In this document: positions 6,664 to 14,502 of the stretch, piece by piece | Layout of the letters: each line of letters opens with the position of its first letter | How positions within the stretch are numbered: the first letter of the stretch is position 1 | Assembly (NCBI RefSeq): GCF_001598795.1 | Contig: NZ_BCZP01000026.1 | Coordinates: 44,283 to 76,282, forward strand | DNA: 32,000 bases | Source of the DNA: Delftia acidovorans NBRC 14950 | GTDB lineage: Bacteria; Pseudomonadota; Gammaproteobacteria; Burkholderiales; Burkholderiaceae_C | Direction of reading: 5' to 3' | Notes under the pieces: model-generated | Database searches by the model: none | Seen by the model: only the letters and a program-made list of their open reading frames with translations | Told to the model about the DNA's origin: nothing | Made by a program: the position numbers and the translations under genes

Positions 6664-7401
6664 TCAATGCATGTGCAGGCCACCGTTGACCGAAAAATCG
6701 GCGCCGGTGGAATAGCCGCCTTCCTCCGAGGCCAGCCAGGCGATGATCGAAGCGATCTCGCTGGGCTCGCCCAGGCGCTTGACGGGGATGGTACCCACGA
6801 TCTTCTCCAGCACGTCGGGACGGATGGCCTTGACCATGTCGGTGCCGATGTAGCCGGGGCTCACGGTGTTCACGGTCACGCCCTTGGTGGCCATCTCCTG
6901 CGCCAGCGCCATGGTGAAGCCGTGCATGCCCGCCTTGGCGGCCGAGTAATTGGTCTGCCCGGCCTGGCCCTTGGCGCCATTGACCGAGCTGATGTTGATG
7001 ATGCGGCCCCAGCCCTTTTCCACCATGTCGCCCACGACCTGCTTGGTCACGTTGAACATGGAGTTGAGGTTGGTCTCGATGACGGCCTGCCAGTCTTCCG
7101 GCGTCATCTTGATGAACATGCGGTCACGCGTGATGCCGGCATTGTTGACCAGCACATCGATGCTGCCGTGCTCGGCCTTGGTCTTGCTGAAGGCCTCGAC
7201 GGTGGAAGCCCAGTCGCCCACATTGCCGACCGATGCATGGAAGTTGTATCCCAGCGCCTTTTGCTCGTCCAGCCACTTCTGGAAGTCGCGCGACGGACCG
7301 CAACCTGCGATGACCTTGAAGCCTTCCTTGTGCAGACGCTGGCAGATAGCCGTTCCGATGCCTCCCATTCCCCCTGTGACATACGCTACTTTTTGAGCCA
7401 T
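6664..7401 (-). CDS. phaB: NADPH-dependent acetoacetyl-CoA reductase (SDR family)
   Basis: MAQKVAYVTGGMGGIGTAICQRL (TGxxxGIG). NNAGITRD. SSVNGAKGQAGQTNYSAAKAG (catalytic S...YxxxK). The C-terminal ADFSVNGGLHMH is characteristic of PhaB. Lies next to phaA/phaC. Confidence 0.95.
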   Translation of the reverse strand: MAQKVAYVTGGMGGIGTAICQRLHKEGFKVIAGCGPSRDFQKWLDEQKALGYNFHASVGNVGDWASTVEAFSKTKAEHGSIDVLVNNAGITRDRMFIKMTPEDWQAVIETNLNSMFNVTKQVVGDMVEKGWGRIINISSVNGAKGQAGQTNYSAAKAGMHGFTMALAQEMATKGVTVNTVSPGYIGTDMVKAIRPDVLEKIVGTIPVKRLGEPSEIASIIAWLASEEGGYSTGADFSVNGGLHMH

Positions 7402-7613
7402 TCTTCTCTCCTGTCAATCAATGGTTGCTTCAGATCAATCTATCCACGACAACCGGGGCATTGACTCCGGTTATCACCAAGGGTGCCTGAACCTCTGGGT
7501 CCGGCACCCCCGTATGGCTAGTATGCAGCGCGTGCGCTGCGCCTCTCTTCGGGCAGGCCCTAGGCAGGCCTAGGATCTACCCTGAAAGCTTGCTAACGTT
7601 TTCCCGGAGCCCT

Positions 7614-8795
7614 TCAGACGCGCTCCACCGCCATGGCCACGCCCATGCCGCCGCCGATGCACAGGCCGGCCAGGCCCTTCTTGGCGCCGCTGCGCTGCAT
7701 CTCGTGCAGCAGGGTGACCAGGATGCGGGCGCCCGATGCGCCGATGGGGTGGCCGATGGCAATGGCGCCGCCGTTGACGTTGACCTTGGCGGGGTCGATG
7801 CCCAGCTCCTGGTTCACCGCACAGGCCTGGGCCGCGAAGGCTTCGTTCAGCTCGAACAGGTCCACGTCCTGCGCTGTCCAGCCCGCACGCTCCAGCGCCT
7901 TGCGCGAGGCGAACACCGGGCCCAGGCCCATGGTGGCAGGGTCCAGGCCGCTGGTGGCGTAGGAGACGATGCGTGCCAGCGGCTTCAGGCCCAGGGCCTT
8001 GGCCTTGGAGGCGCTCATCACCACCACGGCGGCCGCGCCGTCGTTCAGGCCGGAGGCGTTGCCGGCCGTCACCGAGCCGGCCTTGTCGAAGGCCGGGCGC
8101 AGGCCTGCCAGGGCGTCGGCATTGGTCTTGCGGTTGATGTACTCATCGGCCGCGAACACCACGGGATCGCCCTTGCGCTGGGGAATGCTGACGGGAACGA
8201 TTTCGTCCACGAACTTGCCTGCGTCCTGTGCGGCCGTGGCCTTTTGCTGGCTGGCCAGGGCCAGGGCATCCTGCTGCTCGCGGCTGACGCTCTTTTCCTT
8301 GGCCACGTTCTCGGCCGTGATGCCCATGTGGTACTGGTTGTAGACGTCCCACAGGCCGTCCACGATCATGGTGTCGGCCATCTTCCAGTCACCCATGCGC
8401 TGGCCGTCGCGCGAGCCCGGCAGCACGTGGGGCGACAGGCTCATGTTCTCCTGGCCGCCGGCCACGACGATCTCGCTGTCGCCCGTGGCCACGGCCTGGG
8501 CTGCCAGCATCACGGCCTTCAGGCCCGAGCCGCAGACGGCGTTGATGGTGAGGGCCGGGGTTTCCTTGGCAACGCCGGCCTTCATCATGGCCTGGCGTGC
8601 AGGGTTCTGGCCTGCGCCAGCGGCCAGCACCTGGCCCATGATGACTTCACCGACCTGGTCGGTGCCGACCTTGGCGCGGTTCAGTGCCTCGCGGATCACG
8701 ATGGAGCCCAGTTCGGTGGCGGGGATCTTGGCAAGGGTGCCGCCAAACTTGCCAACGGCAGTACGGACAGCGGAAACGATGACGATGTCTTCCAT
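7614..8795 (-). CDS. phaA: Acetyl-CoA acetyltransferase (beta-ketothiolase)
   Basis: Internal ATG ([19 protein letters not shown]...) of ORF 7614..8873. Active-site motifs: [50 protein letters not shown]. Confidence 0.95.
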   Translation of the reverse strand: MEDIVIVSAVRTAVGKFGGTLAKIPATELGSIVIREALNRAKVGTDQVGEVIMGQVLAAGAGQNPARQAMMKAGVAKETPALTINAVCGSGLKAVMLAAQAVATGDSEIVVAGGQENMSLSPHVLPGSRDGQRMGDWKMADTMIVDGLWDVYNQYHMGITAENVAKEKSVSREQQDALALASQQKATAAQDAGKFVDEIVPVSIPQRKGDPVVFAADEYINRKTNADALAGLRPAFDKAGSVTAGNASGLNDGAAAVVVMSASKAKALGLKPLARIVSYATSGLDPATMGLGPVFASRKALERAGWTAQDVDLFELNEAFAAQACAVNQELGIDPAKVNVNGGAIAIGHPIGASGARILVTLLHEMQRSGAKKGLAGLCIGGGMGVAMAVERV

Positions 8796-8918
8796 GATGA
8801 CGGACCTTTCTTTGGACTCTTGAAGGGATGCCTGGGCGCACATTGCCGCAGTCGCGGCAGCGGCACCCTGCATTCAAGCCGCAGCGTTATTGCGCTGCAG
8901 CATCGAAACGATTGTGCC

Positions 8919-10811
8919 TCAGGCCTTGACCAGTACGTAGCGGCCTGGGGCCGGCTCGATGGCCGTGTATTCCCTGCCTTTGCCATACTGCTTTGGCGCT
9001 GCGACCAGCTTGCCGCCGTGCTCGGCCAGCCAGGGGCTCCAGTCGGCCCACCAGCTGCCCGGGTACTCGTCGGCGCCGGCCTGCCACTCCTTGAGGGTGG
9101 GCGGCAGTTGGCCGTCCTCGCGCAGCCAGTAGCTGCGCTTTTTCTTGGCCGGCGGATTGATCACGCCCGCGATGTGGCCCGACGCGCCCATCACAAAACG
9201 CTTGTCGCCGCCCAGCACCTGGGTGGACGCATAGGAGCCGCCCACGGGCACGATGTGGTCCTCGCGCGAGCCATAGATATAGGCCGGCAGGCGCAGCTGG
9301 TGCATGTCGATGCGCTCGCCGCAGACGGTCAGCGCGCCGGGCTGGGCCAGCTTGTTTTCCAGGTAGAGGTTGCGCAGATACCAGGCGTAGTAGGGGCCGG
9401 GCAGGTTGGTGGAGTCGCTGTTCCAGTACAGCAGGTCGAACGGCGGGGGCGTCTCGCCCTTGAGGTAGTTGCCCACCACGTAGTTCCAGACCAGGTCGTT
9501 GGGCCGCAGAAAGCTGAAGGTGGACGCCAGGTCCTGGCCCTTCATGAGACCGCCCTCGCCCATCTGCATCTCACGGAAGCGCACCACGGATTCGTCGATG
9601 AAGACATCGAGGATGCCGGTGTCGCTGAAGTCGATGAAGGTAGTCAGCAGCGTGACGCTGGCCACGGGAAATGGCACGCCAGCTGGCGCCGTGGCGCGGG
9701 CTGTGGATGTGCGGGCGGCGCTGCGGCTGCCAGCCGCGCGCTTGGCCGCAGGCGCCTTGGCCGCCGGAGCGGCAACTGCGCCATGCTCGCGGTCGTGGCG
9801 CGCCTGCAGCACGGCCAGCGCGGTGGACAGCATGGTGCCGCCCACGCAAAAGCCCAGCACATTGATCTGCTCGGCTCCCGCGATCTCGCGCGCCACGCGG
9901 ATGCCGGTGAGCACGCCGTCCTCGATGTAGTTGTCCCAGGTCTTGCGCGCCAGACTTTCGTCGGGGTTGCGCCAGCTCATCACGAAGGTGCGATGGCCCT
10001 GGCTGACGGCGTAGCGGATCAGCGAGTTGTCGGGCTGCAGATCCAGGATGTAGAACTTGTTGATGCAGGGCGGCACCATGAGGAAGGGCCGCTCGTGTAC
10101 CTTGTCCGTCAGCGGCTTGTATTCGATGAGCTGGAACAGCTCGTTCTCGAACACCACGGCGCCTTCGGTGGTGGCGACGTTCTTGCCCACGGTGAACAGG
10201 CTCTCGTCGGTCATGGACACATGGCCCTGGCGCATGTCGGCCAGCAGGTTGGCCACGCCCTGGGCCAGGCTCTCGCCTTGGGTTTCGATGGCTTTCTTCT
10301 GAGCCTCGGCATTGAGTGCCAGGAAGTTGCTGGGCGCCATGGCCGCCAGCCATTGCTCGATGGCGAAGCGCACGCGGTTGCGCGTCTTGTCATCGGCCTG
10401 CACGGCATCGGCCAGGCCCATGAGCATGCGGCTGTTGAGCAGATAGGTCGCAGCCGTGGCCGCCGTCAGCGGATTGCCGGCCCACGACTCGGTATTGAAG
10501 CGCTTGTCCTTGGCCAGCAGCGCCTGGGCGCCGCCCTGTTCGGCCATGGCCTTGGCACCATCCAGGTACTGGCGCTGCAGCTCCAGCAGCTTTTCGGGGT
10601 CCAGCGACAGCGCGTTCTCGGGCAGGGCGCCGGGTTCGGGGACGGCCGCTTTCCAGGCCTGGGCCATGTCCGGCATGCCTGGCATGCCCTGGGTTCCCGG
10701 AAGGCCTGGTTGCCCCAGCTGCTGCAGTGTCTGCAGCGTGCGGCTCCATTGCTCGTTCCAGAATTGCTGGACGGATTGGCCTGACAGGCCAGCGAGTGGG
10801 TCAAAATTCAT
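8919..10811 (-). CDS. phaC: Class I poly(3-hydroxyalkanoate) synthase, 630 aa, with an Ala-rich insertion
   Basis: Internal ATG (MNFDPLAGLSG...) of ORF 8919..11129. PhaC N-terminal domain, lipase-box region INVLGFCVGGT, and WNSDSTNLPG are typical of class I synthases. Confidence 0.95.
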   Translation of the reverse strand: MNFDPLAGLSGQSVQQFWNEQWSRTLQTLQQLGQPGLPGTQGMPGMPDMAQAWKAAVPEPGALPENALSLDPEKLLELQRQYLDGAKAMAEQGGAQALLAKDKRFNTESWAGNPLTAATAATYLLNSRMLMGLADAVQADDKTRNRVRFAIEQWLAAMAPSNFLALNAEAQKKAIETQGESLAQGVANLLADMRQGHVSMTDESLFTVGKNVATTEGAVVFENELFQLIEYKPLTDKVHERPFLMVPPCINKFYILDLQPDNSLIRYAVSQGHRTFVMSWRNPDESLARKTWDNYIEDGVLTGIRVAREIAGAEQINVLGFCVGGTMLSTALAVLQARHDREHGAVAAPAAKAPAAKRAAGSRSAARTSTARATAPAGVPFPVASVTLLTTFIDFSDTGILDVFIDESVVRFREMQMGEGGLMKGQDLASTFSFLRPNDLVWNYVVGNYLKGETPPPFDLLYWNSDSTNLPGPYYAWYLRNLYLENKLAQPGALTVCGERIDMHQLRLPAYIYGSREDHIVPVGGSYASTQVLGGDKRFVMGASGHIAGVINPPAKKKRSYWLREDGQLPPTLKEWQAGADEYPGSWWADWSPWLAEHGGKLVAAPKQYGKGREYTAIEPAPGRYVLVKA

Positions 10812-10952
10812 GCTGCATCCTTGTTCGTGGATGCCATGCAATAGCCTGGGGCTTGCGGGGCATCCGTTTTGATTGTGACCCAGGCGAGCCCCGCCTTGCC
10901 CGGCACAGACCTCCACGAAAACCCGTGCCCCGCTCGTTTTTTTGGTTCGACC

Positions 10953-11288
10953 ATGTATCTCGTTGTTATCGCCTGGCTGTATGTCACTCTGATGATGGCA
11001 GTGGCCGAGGCCGCCAGCCCCACGGGCAGCATACTCGGCGCCGTGATCACGTTCGCACTCTATGGACTGCTGCCGCTGTCCATCGTGATCTACATCATGG
11101 GCACGCCCGCGCGCAAGCGAAAACGCCATGCACGCGAATTGGCCGAGCGCGAGGCCTGGCTGGCGCAGCAGCAGGCCTCGCAGAGCGGCCCCGGCACGCA
11201 GGCGCGCTCAGTCCTTCCAGATGCAGGCGGCGAACCGCCCGCTGCTGCCCAGGCGGGCAGCGTCGCGCCGGTGCGAAAAGAACCGTGA
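10953..11288 (+). CDS. Small hypothetical membrane protein (two predicted TM helices, then a basic/low-complexity tail)
   Basis: MYLVVIAWLYVTLMMAVAEA...ILGAVITFALYGLLPLSIVIYIMGTPARKRKRHAR, divergent from phaC. The last 81 nt overlap the 3' end of convergent pgeF, so the true C-terminus and the reality of the tail are uncertain. Confidence 0.5.
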   Translation: MYLVVIAWLYVTLMMAVAEAASPTGSILGAVITFALYGLLPLSIVIYIMGTPARKRKRHARELAEREAWLAQQQASQSGPGTQARSVLPDAGGEPPAAAQAGSVAPVRKEP

Positions 11289-12065
11289 GCCGTTGAGCAC
11301 CGTGCACCATGCGTCGCCGCCGTCATTGCCGTAGATGGCGGTGATGCCCAGCGCCGCCAGGCGCTGGCGCGCAAGCCCGGCCAGGTTGGCCAGGTACTTG
11401 GGTGCGCCCCCGCCCTCTTGCGGCACGGCGGTGAAATGCGCCCCGGCCGCCGCGTCATGCGCGATGAAGGCCGCGCGCACCTCGGCGCCCACTTCGAAGG
11501 AGCGCGGACCGATGCAGGGTCCGAGCCAGGCCAGGGTCTGCTGCGCCGCTTGCCCGGGCGGTGTCTGGATCTGGCCAGCTAAGCGCTCGAACAGCGTCTC
11601 CAGCACCCCGCCCGCCAGCCCGCGCCAGCCCGCATGGGCCGCGCCCACCACGGCACCGCTGCGATGGGCCAGCAGCACGGGCAGGCAGTCAGCCACCATG
11701 ATGGTGCAGACCACGCCCGAGGCGCGGGTCACGCAGGCATCGAAGGCCTGGCCCTGCGCGCTGCCTGCATCCAGGGCCACGACATCCACGCCATGCACCT
11801 GCTGCAGGAACACTGCGCAGGCGCCGGGCGTATGGGCACGCACGATCTCCTGCAGCCGCTGGCGGTTGGTGCGGACGGCCTGCGGGTCATCGCCCACATG
11901 GTCGCCCAGGTTCAGGCTGCCCCAGGGCGCCGTGCTGACGCCGCCTTCGCGCGAGGTGCACAGCGCGTGAACGCCGGGCGGCGCGGGCCACTCGGGCACC
12001 AGCCAGGATGCGGGGATGGTGCCGGGGAGGTTGCCGGGGATGGAGTCAGGCCGGGCCGCGCTCAT
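11208..12065 (-). CDS. pgeF: YfiH/PgeF family protein (DUF152; purine-nucleoside phosphorylase / polyphenol-oxidase-like)
   Basis: Internal ATG of ORF 11208..12329, overlapping the maiA stop (ATGA). Family motifs: LCTSREGGVS, VADCLPVLL, AHAGWRGLAGGVLE, LGPCIGPRSFEVG, CTV...FFSHRRD. Confidence 0.9.
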   Translation of the reverse strand: MSAARPDSIPGNLPGTIPASWLVPEWPAPPGVHALCTSREGGVSTAPWGSLNLGDHVGDDPQAVRTNRQRLQEIVRAHTPGACAVFLQQVHGVDVVALDAGSAQGQAFDACVTRASGVVCTIMVADCLPVLLAHRSGAVVGAAHAGWRGLAGGVLETLFERLAGQIQTPPGQAAQQTLAWLGPCIGPRSFEVGAEVRAAFIAHDAAAGAHFTAVPQEGGGAPKYLANLAGLARQRLAALGITAIYGNDGGDAWCTVLNGSRFFSHRRDAARLGSSGRFAACIWKD

Positions 12066-12727
12066 TCCGCGTCGGGGCAGGCCGAGGGATGGGCCTTCTG
12101 GAAGGCCGGCAGCGCCTCGCAGCGATCGACGATGGCCGCCAGGCGTGGCAGGCCGTCCAGGCTCACGTTGAAGCGGCGGCCGTTGAAGATCTGCGGCACC
12201 AGGCAACAGTCGGCCAGCGTGGGCGTGTCGCCCCAGCAAAACAGCGAAGGCGCCAGGCCTGCGGCCTCGCGCTCGGCGGCCAGCAGGTCCAGCTGGCGCT
12301 CGAAGGCCTCCAGGCCCGATCGCACCCAATGCACGTACCAGCCGCTCTTGGCCTCGTCGGAGACACCCAGGTTGCGCACCAGGTACTTGAGCACGCGCAG
12401 GTTGTTGAGCGGATGGATCTCGCAGGCCACCATCTGGGCCAGTGCGCGCACATGGGCACGGCCCAGGGCGTCGCGCGGCAGCAGCGGTATTTCGGCATGG
12501 GTCTCATCGAGATATTCGATGATGGCCATGGACTGGGTCAGCCAGTGGCCGTCCTCGGTTTCCAGCGCCGGCACCAGCGCATCGCCGACATGCTGGGCAT
12601 AGGCCGGCGCCCTGTGGTCGCCGCGCAGCAGGTGCACGGGTATGGATTCATAGTCCAGGCCCTTGATCTGCAGCGCAATGCGCACGCGGTAGGAGGCCGA
12701 CGAGCGGAAGTAGGTGTGGAGCTTCAT
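12062..12727 (-). CDS. maiA: Maleylacetoacetate/maleylpyruvate isomerase (zeta-class glutathione S-transferase)
   Basis: Internal ATG (MKLHTYFRSSASYRVRIALQIKGLDYE...) of ORF 12062..12862. The SSxSxRVRIAL motif and ACEIHPLNNLRVLKYL are typical of GST-zeta. Confidence 0.9.
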   Translation of the reverse strand: MKLHTYFRSSASYRVRIALQIKGLDYESIPVHLLRGDHRAPAYAQHVGDALVPALETEDGHWLTQSMAIIEYLDETHAEIPLLPRDALGRAHVRALAQMVACEIHPLNNLRVLKYLVRNLGVSDEAKSGWYVHWVRSGLEAFERQLDLLAAEREAAGLAPSLFCWGDTPTLADCCLVPQIFNGRRFNVSLDGLPRLAAIVDRCEALPAFQKAHPSACPDAE

Positions 12728-12860
12728 AGACCGCAAAGCATACCGTGCGACCCGGGGTCTGTTCCGGCTCATCCGGCCATCGCGTTGCCCCGCTGCGGGG
12801 CCACAGGCATGGCACACTTGCGACGGCGCCCACGAGACAAGGCGCCAGAGGAACACCGAC

Positions 12861-13556
12861 ATGAGCTACGTTTTCAACCCGCCCGCCGTGGCCAGCGTAC
12901 CCGTCCTGGGCCGCCCCGAGCGTTTTCCCGTGCACCGCATCTACTGCGTGGGCCGCAACTACGAAGAGCACGCCAAGGAGATGGGCTTCACTGGCCGCGA
13001 GCCGCCCTTCTTCTTCCTCAAGCCTGCCGACGCCATCGTGCCCGTCGAGGCCGGCACCACGGGCACCATGCCCTACCCCACGCTGACCTCCAACCTGCAC
13101 CACGAGATCGAGCTCGTCGTGGCCATCGGCAAGGCGGGCAAGAACATCCTGGCCGCCGACGCGCTGGACTACATCTGGGGCTACGCCGTGGGCCTGGACA
13201 TGACGCGCCGCGACCTTCAGAACGACATGAAGAAACAGGGCCGCCCCTGGTGCATCGGCAAGGCCTTCGAGCATGCCGCGCCCATCGGTCCCATCACCCC
13301 GGCAGCCGAGGCCGGCGACATCGCCAAGGCCACGATCTCGCTGCAGGTCAATGGCGCCGACCGCCAGCGCAGCGACATCGGCAAGCTGATCTGGAACATT
13401 GCCGAGACCATCGAGCACCTGTCGGCCGCCTGGGAACTGCAGCCCGGCGACCTGATCATGACGGGCACGCCCGAAGGCGTGGCCGCCGTGGTGCGCGGTG
13501 ACCTGCTGGAAGGCCGCATCGATGGCCTGAGCCCCTTGAGCGTCAAGATCGCCTGA
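12861..13556 (+). CDS. Fumarylacetoacetate hydrolase (FAH) family protein, short single-domain type, 231 aa
   Basis: Internal ATG preceded by GAGGAA. RIYCVGRNYEEHAKEMG, HHEIELVVAIGK, DMTRRDLQ, PGDLIMTGTPEGV are FAH-fold motifs. Confidence 0.9.
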   Translation: MSYVFNPPAVASVPVLGRPERFPVHRIYCVGRNYEEHAKEMGFTGREPPFFFLKPADAIVPVEAGTTGTMPYPTLTSNLHHEIELVVAIGKAGKNILAADALDYIWGYAVGLDMTRRDLQNDMKKQGRPWCIGKAFEHAAPIGPITPAAEAGDIAKATISLQVNGADRQRSDIGKLIWNIAETIEHLSAAWELQPGDLIMTGTPEGVAAVVRGDLLEGRIDGLSPLSVKIA

Positions 13557-13575
13557 GATCCCTGTGCCTGGCGAC

Positions 13576-13630
13576 AGGCCGGCAAGGCAGCGGGGAGCGC
13601 GCTCCCCGGCCTGCCGGCCTTCGTTTTTCT
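13576..13630 (+). terminator. Rho-independent terminator after the FAH-family gene
   Basis: Long GC hairpin aggccggcaaggcagcGGGGAGCgcGCTCCCCggcctgccggcct, followed by TCGTTTTTCT. Confidence 0.7.
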
Positions 13631-13703
13631 GAACCCACAGTCCGCCGCACGGAATGCCTTCCTGCCTTCCGTCTGGCGGCGCTTTCACTTCCATGGTGTC
13701 GGC

Positions 13704-14267
13704 ATGATTTTTCGCAGCCCCATCAAGTTCTGCCGAGCCTGCGGCACGGCCGTGGTCTACCGCATTCCCGACGATGGCGACACGCGCGAACGCGCCGTGT
13801 GCCCGCACTGCCACACCATCCATTACGAGAATCCGCTGAACGTGGTCGGCACCATCCCCGTCACCGACGACGGCCGCGTGCTGCTGTGCAAGCGCAACAT
13901 CGAGCCGCGCCGGGGCCTGTGGACCCTGCCTGCCGGCTTCATGGAACTGGCCGAGACCACGGCGCGCGGCGCCCAGCGCGAGACCGATGAGGAAGCCGGT
14001 GCCGACATCGAGATGGGGCCGCTGTTTTCCATCGTTGACGTGCCCAAGGTCAGCCAAGTCCACCTGTTCTACCGCGCCCGCCTGCGCAGCGAGCAGTTCT
14101 ATCCAGGCCCGGAGACCATGGAGGCCCGCCTCTTTGCCGAGGCCGAGATTCCCTGGGAGGAACTGGCCTTTCGCACCGTGCGCGTGACGCTGGAGCGCTA
14201 CTTCGAGGACCGTGCGGCCGGCCTGCTTGACGCGCACCGCGTGCACTCCATCGACCTGAGCCTGTAG
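13704..14267 (+). CDS. NUDIX hydrolase with N-terminal zinc-ribbon
   Basis: CxxC...CxxC (CRACGT...CPHCHT), then the Nudix box GFMELAETTARGAQRETDEEAGA (GX5EX7REUXEEXGU). Confidence 0.9.
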   Translation: MIFRSPIKFCRACGTAVVYRIPDDGDTRERAVCPHCHTIHYENPLNVVGTIPVTDDGRVLLCKRNIEPRRGLWTLPAGFMELAETTARGAQRETDEEAGADIEMGPLFSIVDVPKVSQVHLFYRARLRSEQFYPGPETMEARLFAEAEIPWEELAFRTVRVTLERYFEDRAAGLLDAHRVHSIDLSL

Positions 14268-14502
14268 GCGCACCACCGTGCTGCACGGCAGTGCCGGACG
14301 CGCCCCGGTGACGCCAGGCCATGCCCCGGCGTGGCGCCGATGGGGCTGCGGGTGGGGCTGTGGATGGGGGGCCGTCATCCCTGTGTCACCTTGCAGACAC
14401 ATTTAGTCACAAACTGGCCTTCTTCTTGCTCGTTGCATCAGGCTTTTCCCTGATCGGGGAAAGCGGGTTTCACCCAGCCTGAACCTGACTGCGGAGCGCT
14501 CC

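Noticed and set aside
6144-6667. - strand ORFs of 125 aa and 103 aa (plus the 74/76-aa ORFs at 6082-6325) in the large intergenic gap
   Set aside because: They read through AT-rich terminator-like hairpins, lack an SD, have implausible composition, and are antisense to the duplicated promoter/SD/micro-ORF units, which show codon-level conservation.
7590-10784. 1064-aa + strand ORF spanning phaA and phaC
   Set aside because: Antisense shadow ORF of two strongly supported - strand genes. The composition (A/G/H/L/V/Q/R-rich, almost no K/N/I/F) is typical of mirror frames in high-GC DNA, and I recognised no motif.
14341-14371. G-rich run GGGGctgcGGGtGGGGctgtggatGGGGGG (potential G-quadruplex) upstream of the sensor-CheW gene
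   Set aside because: One loop is 8 nt, and G-runs are frequent in a genome with this GC content. Nothing else supports a function.
12648-14402. 584-aa - strand ORF
   Set aside because: It runs antisense across the FAH gene, a strong terminator hairpin and the NUDIX gene. Shadow-ORF composition.
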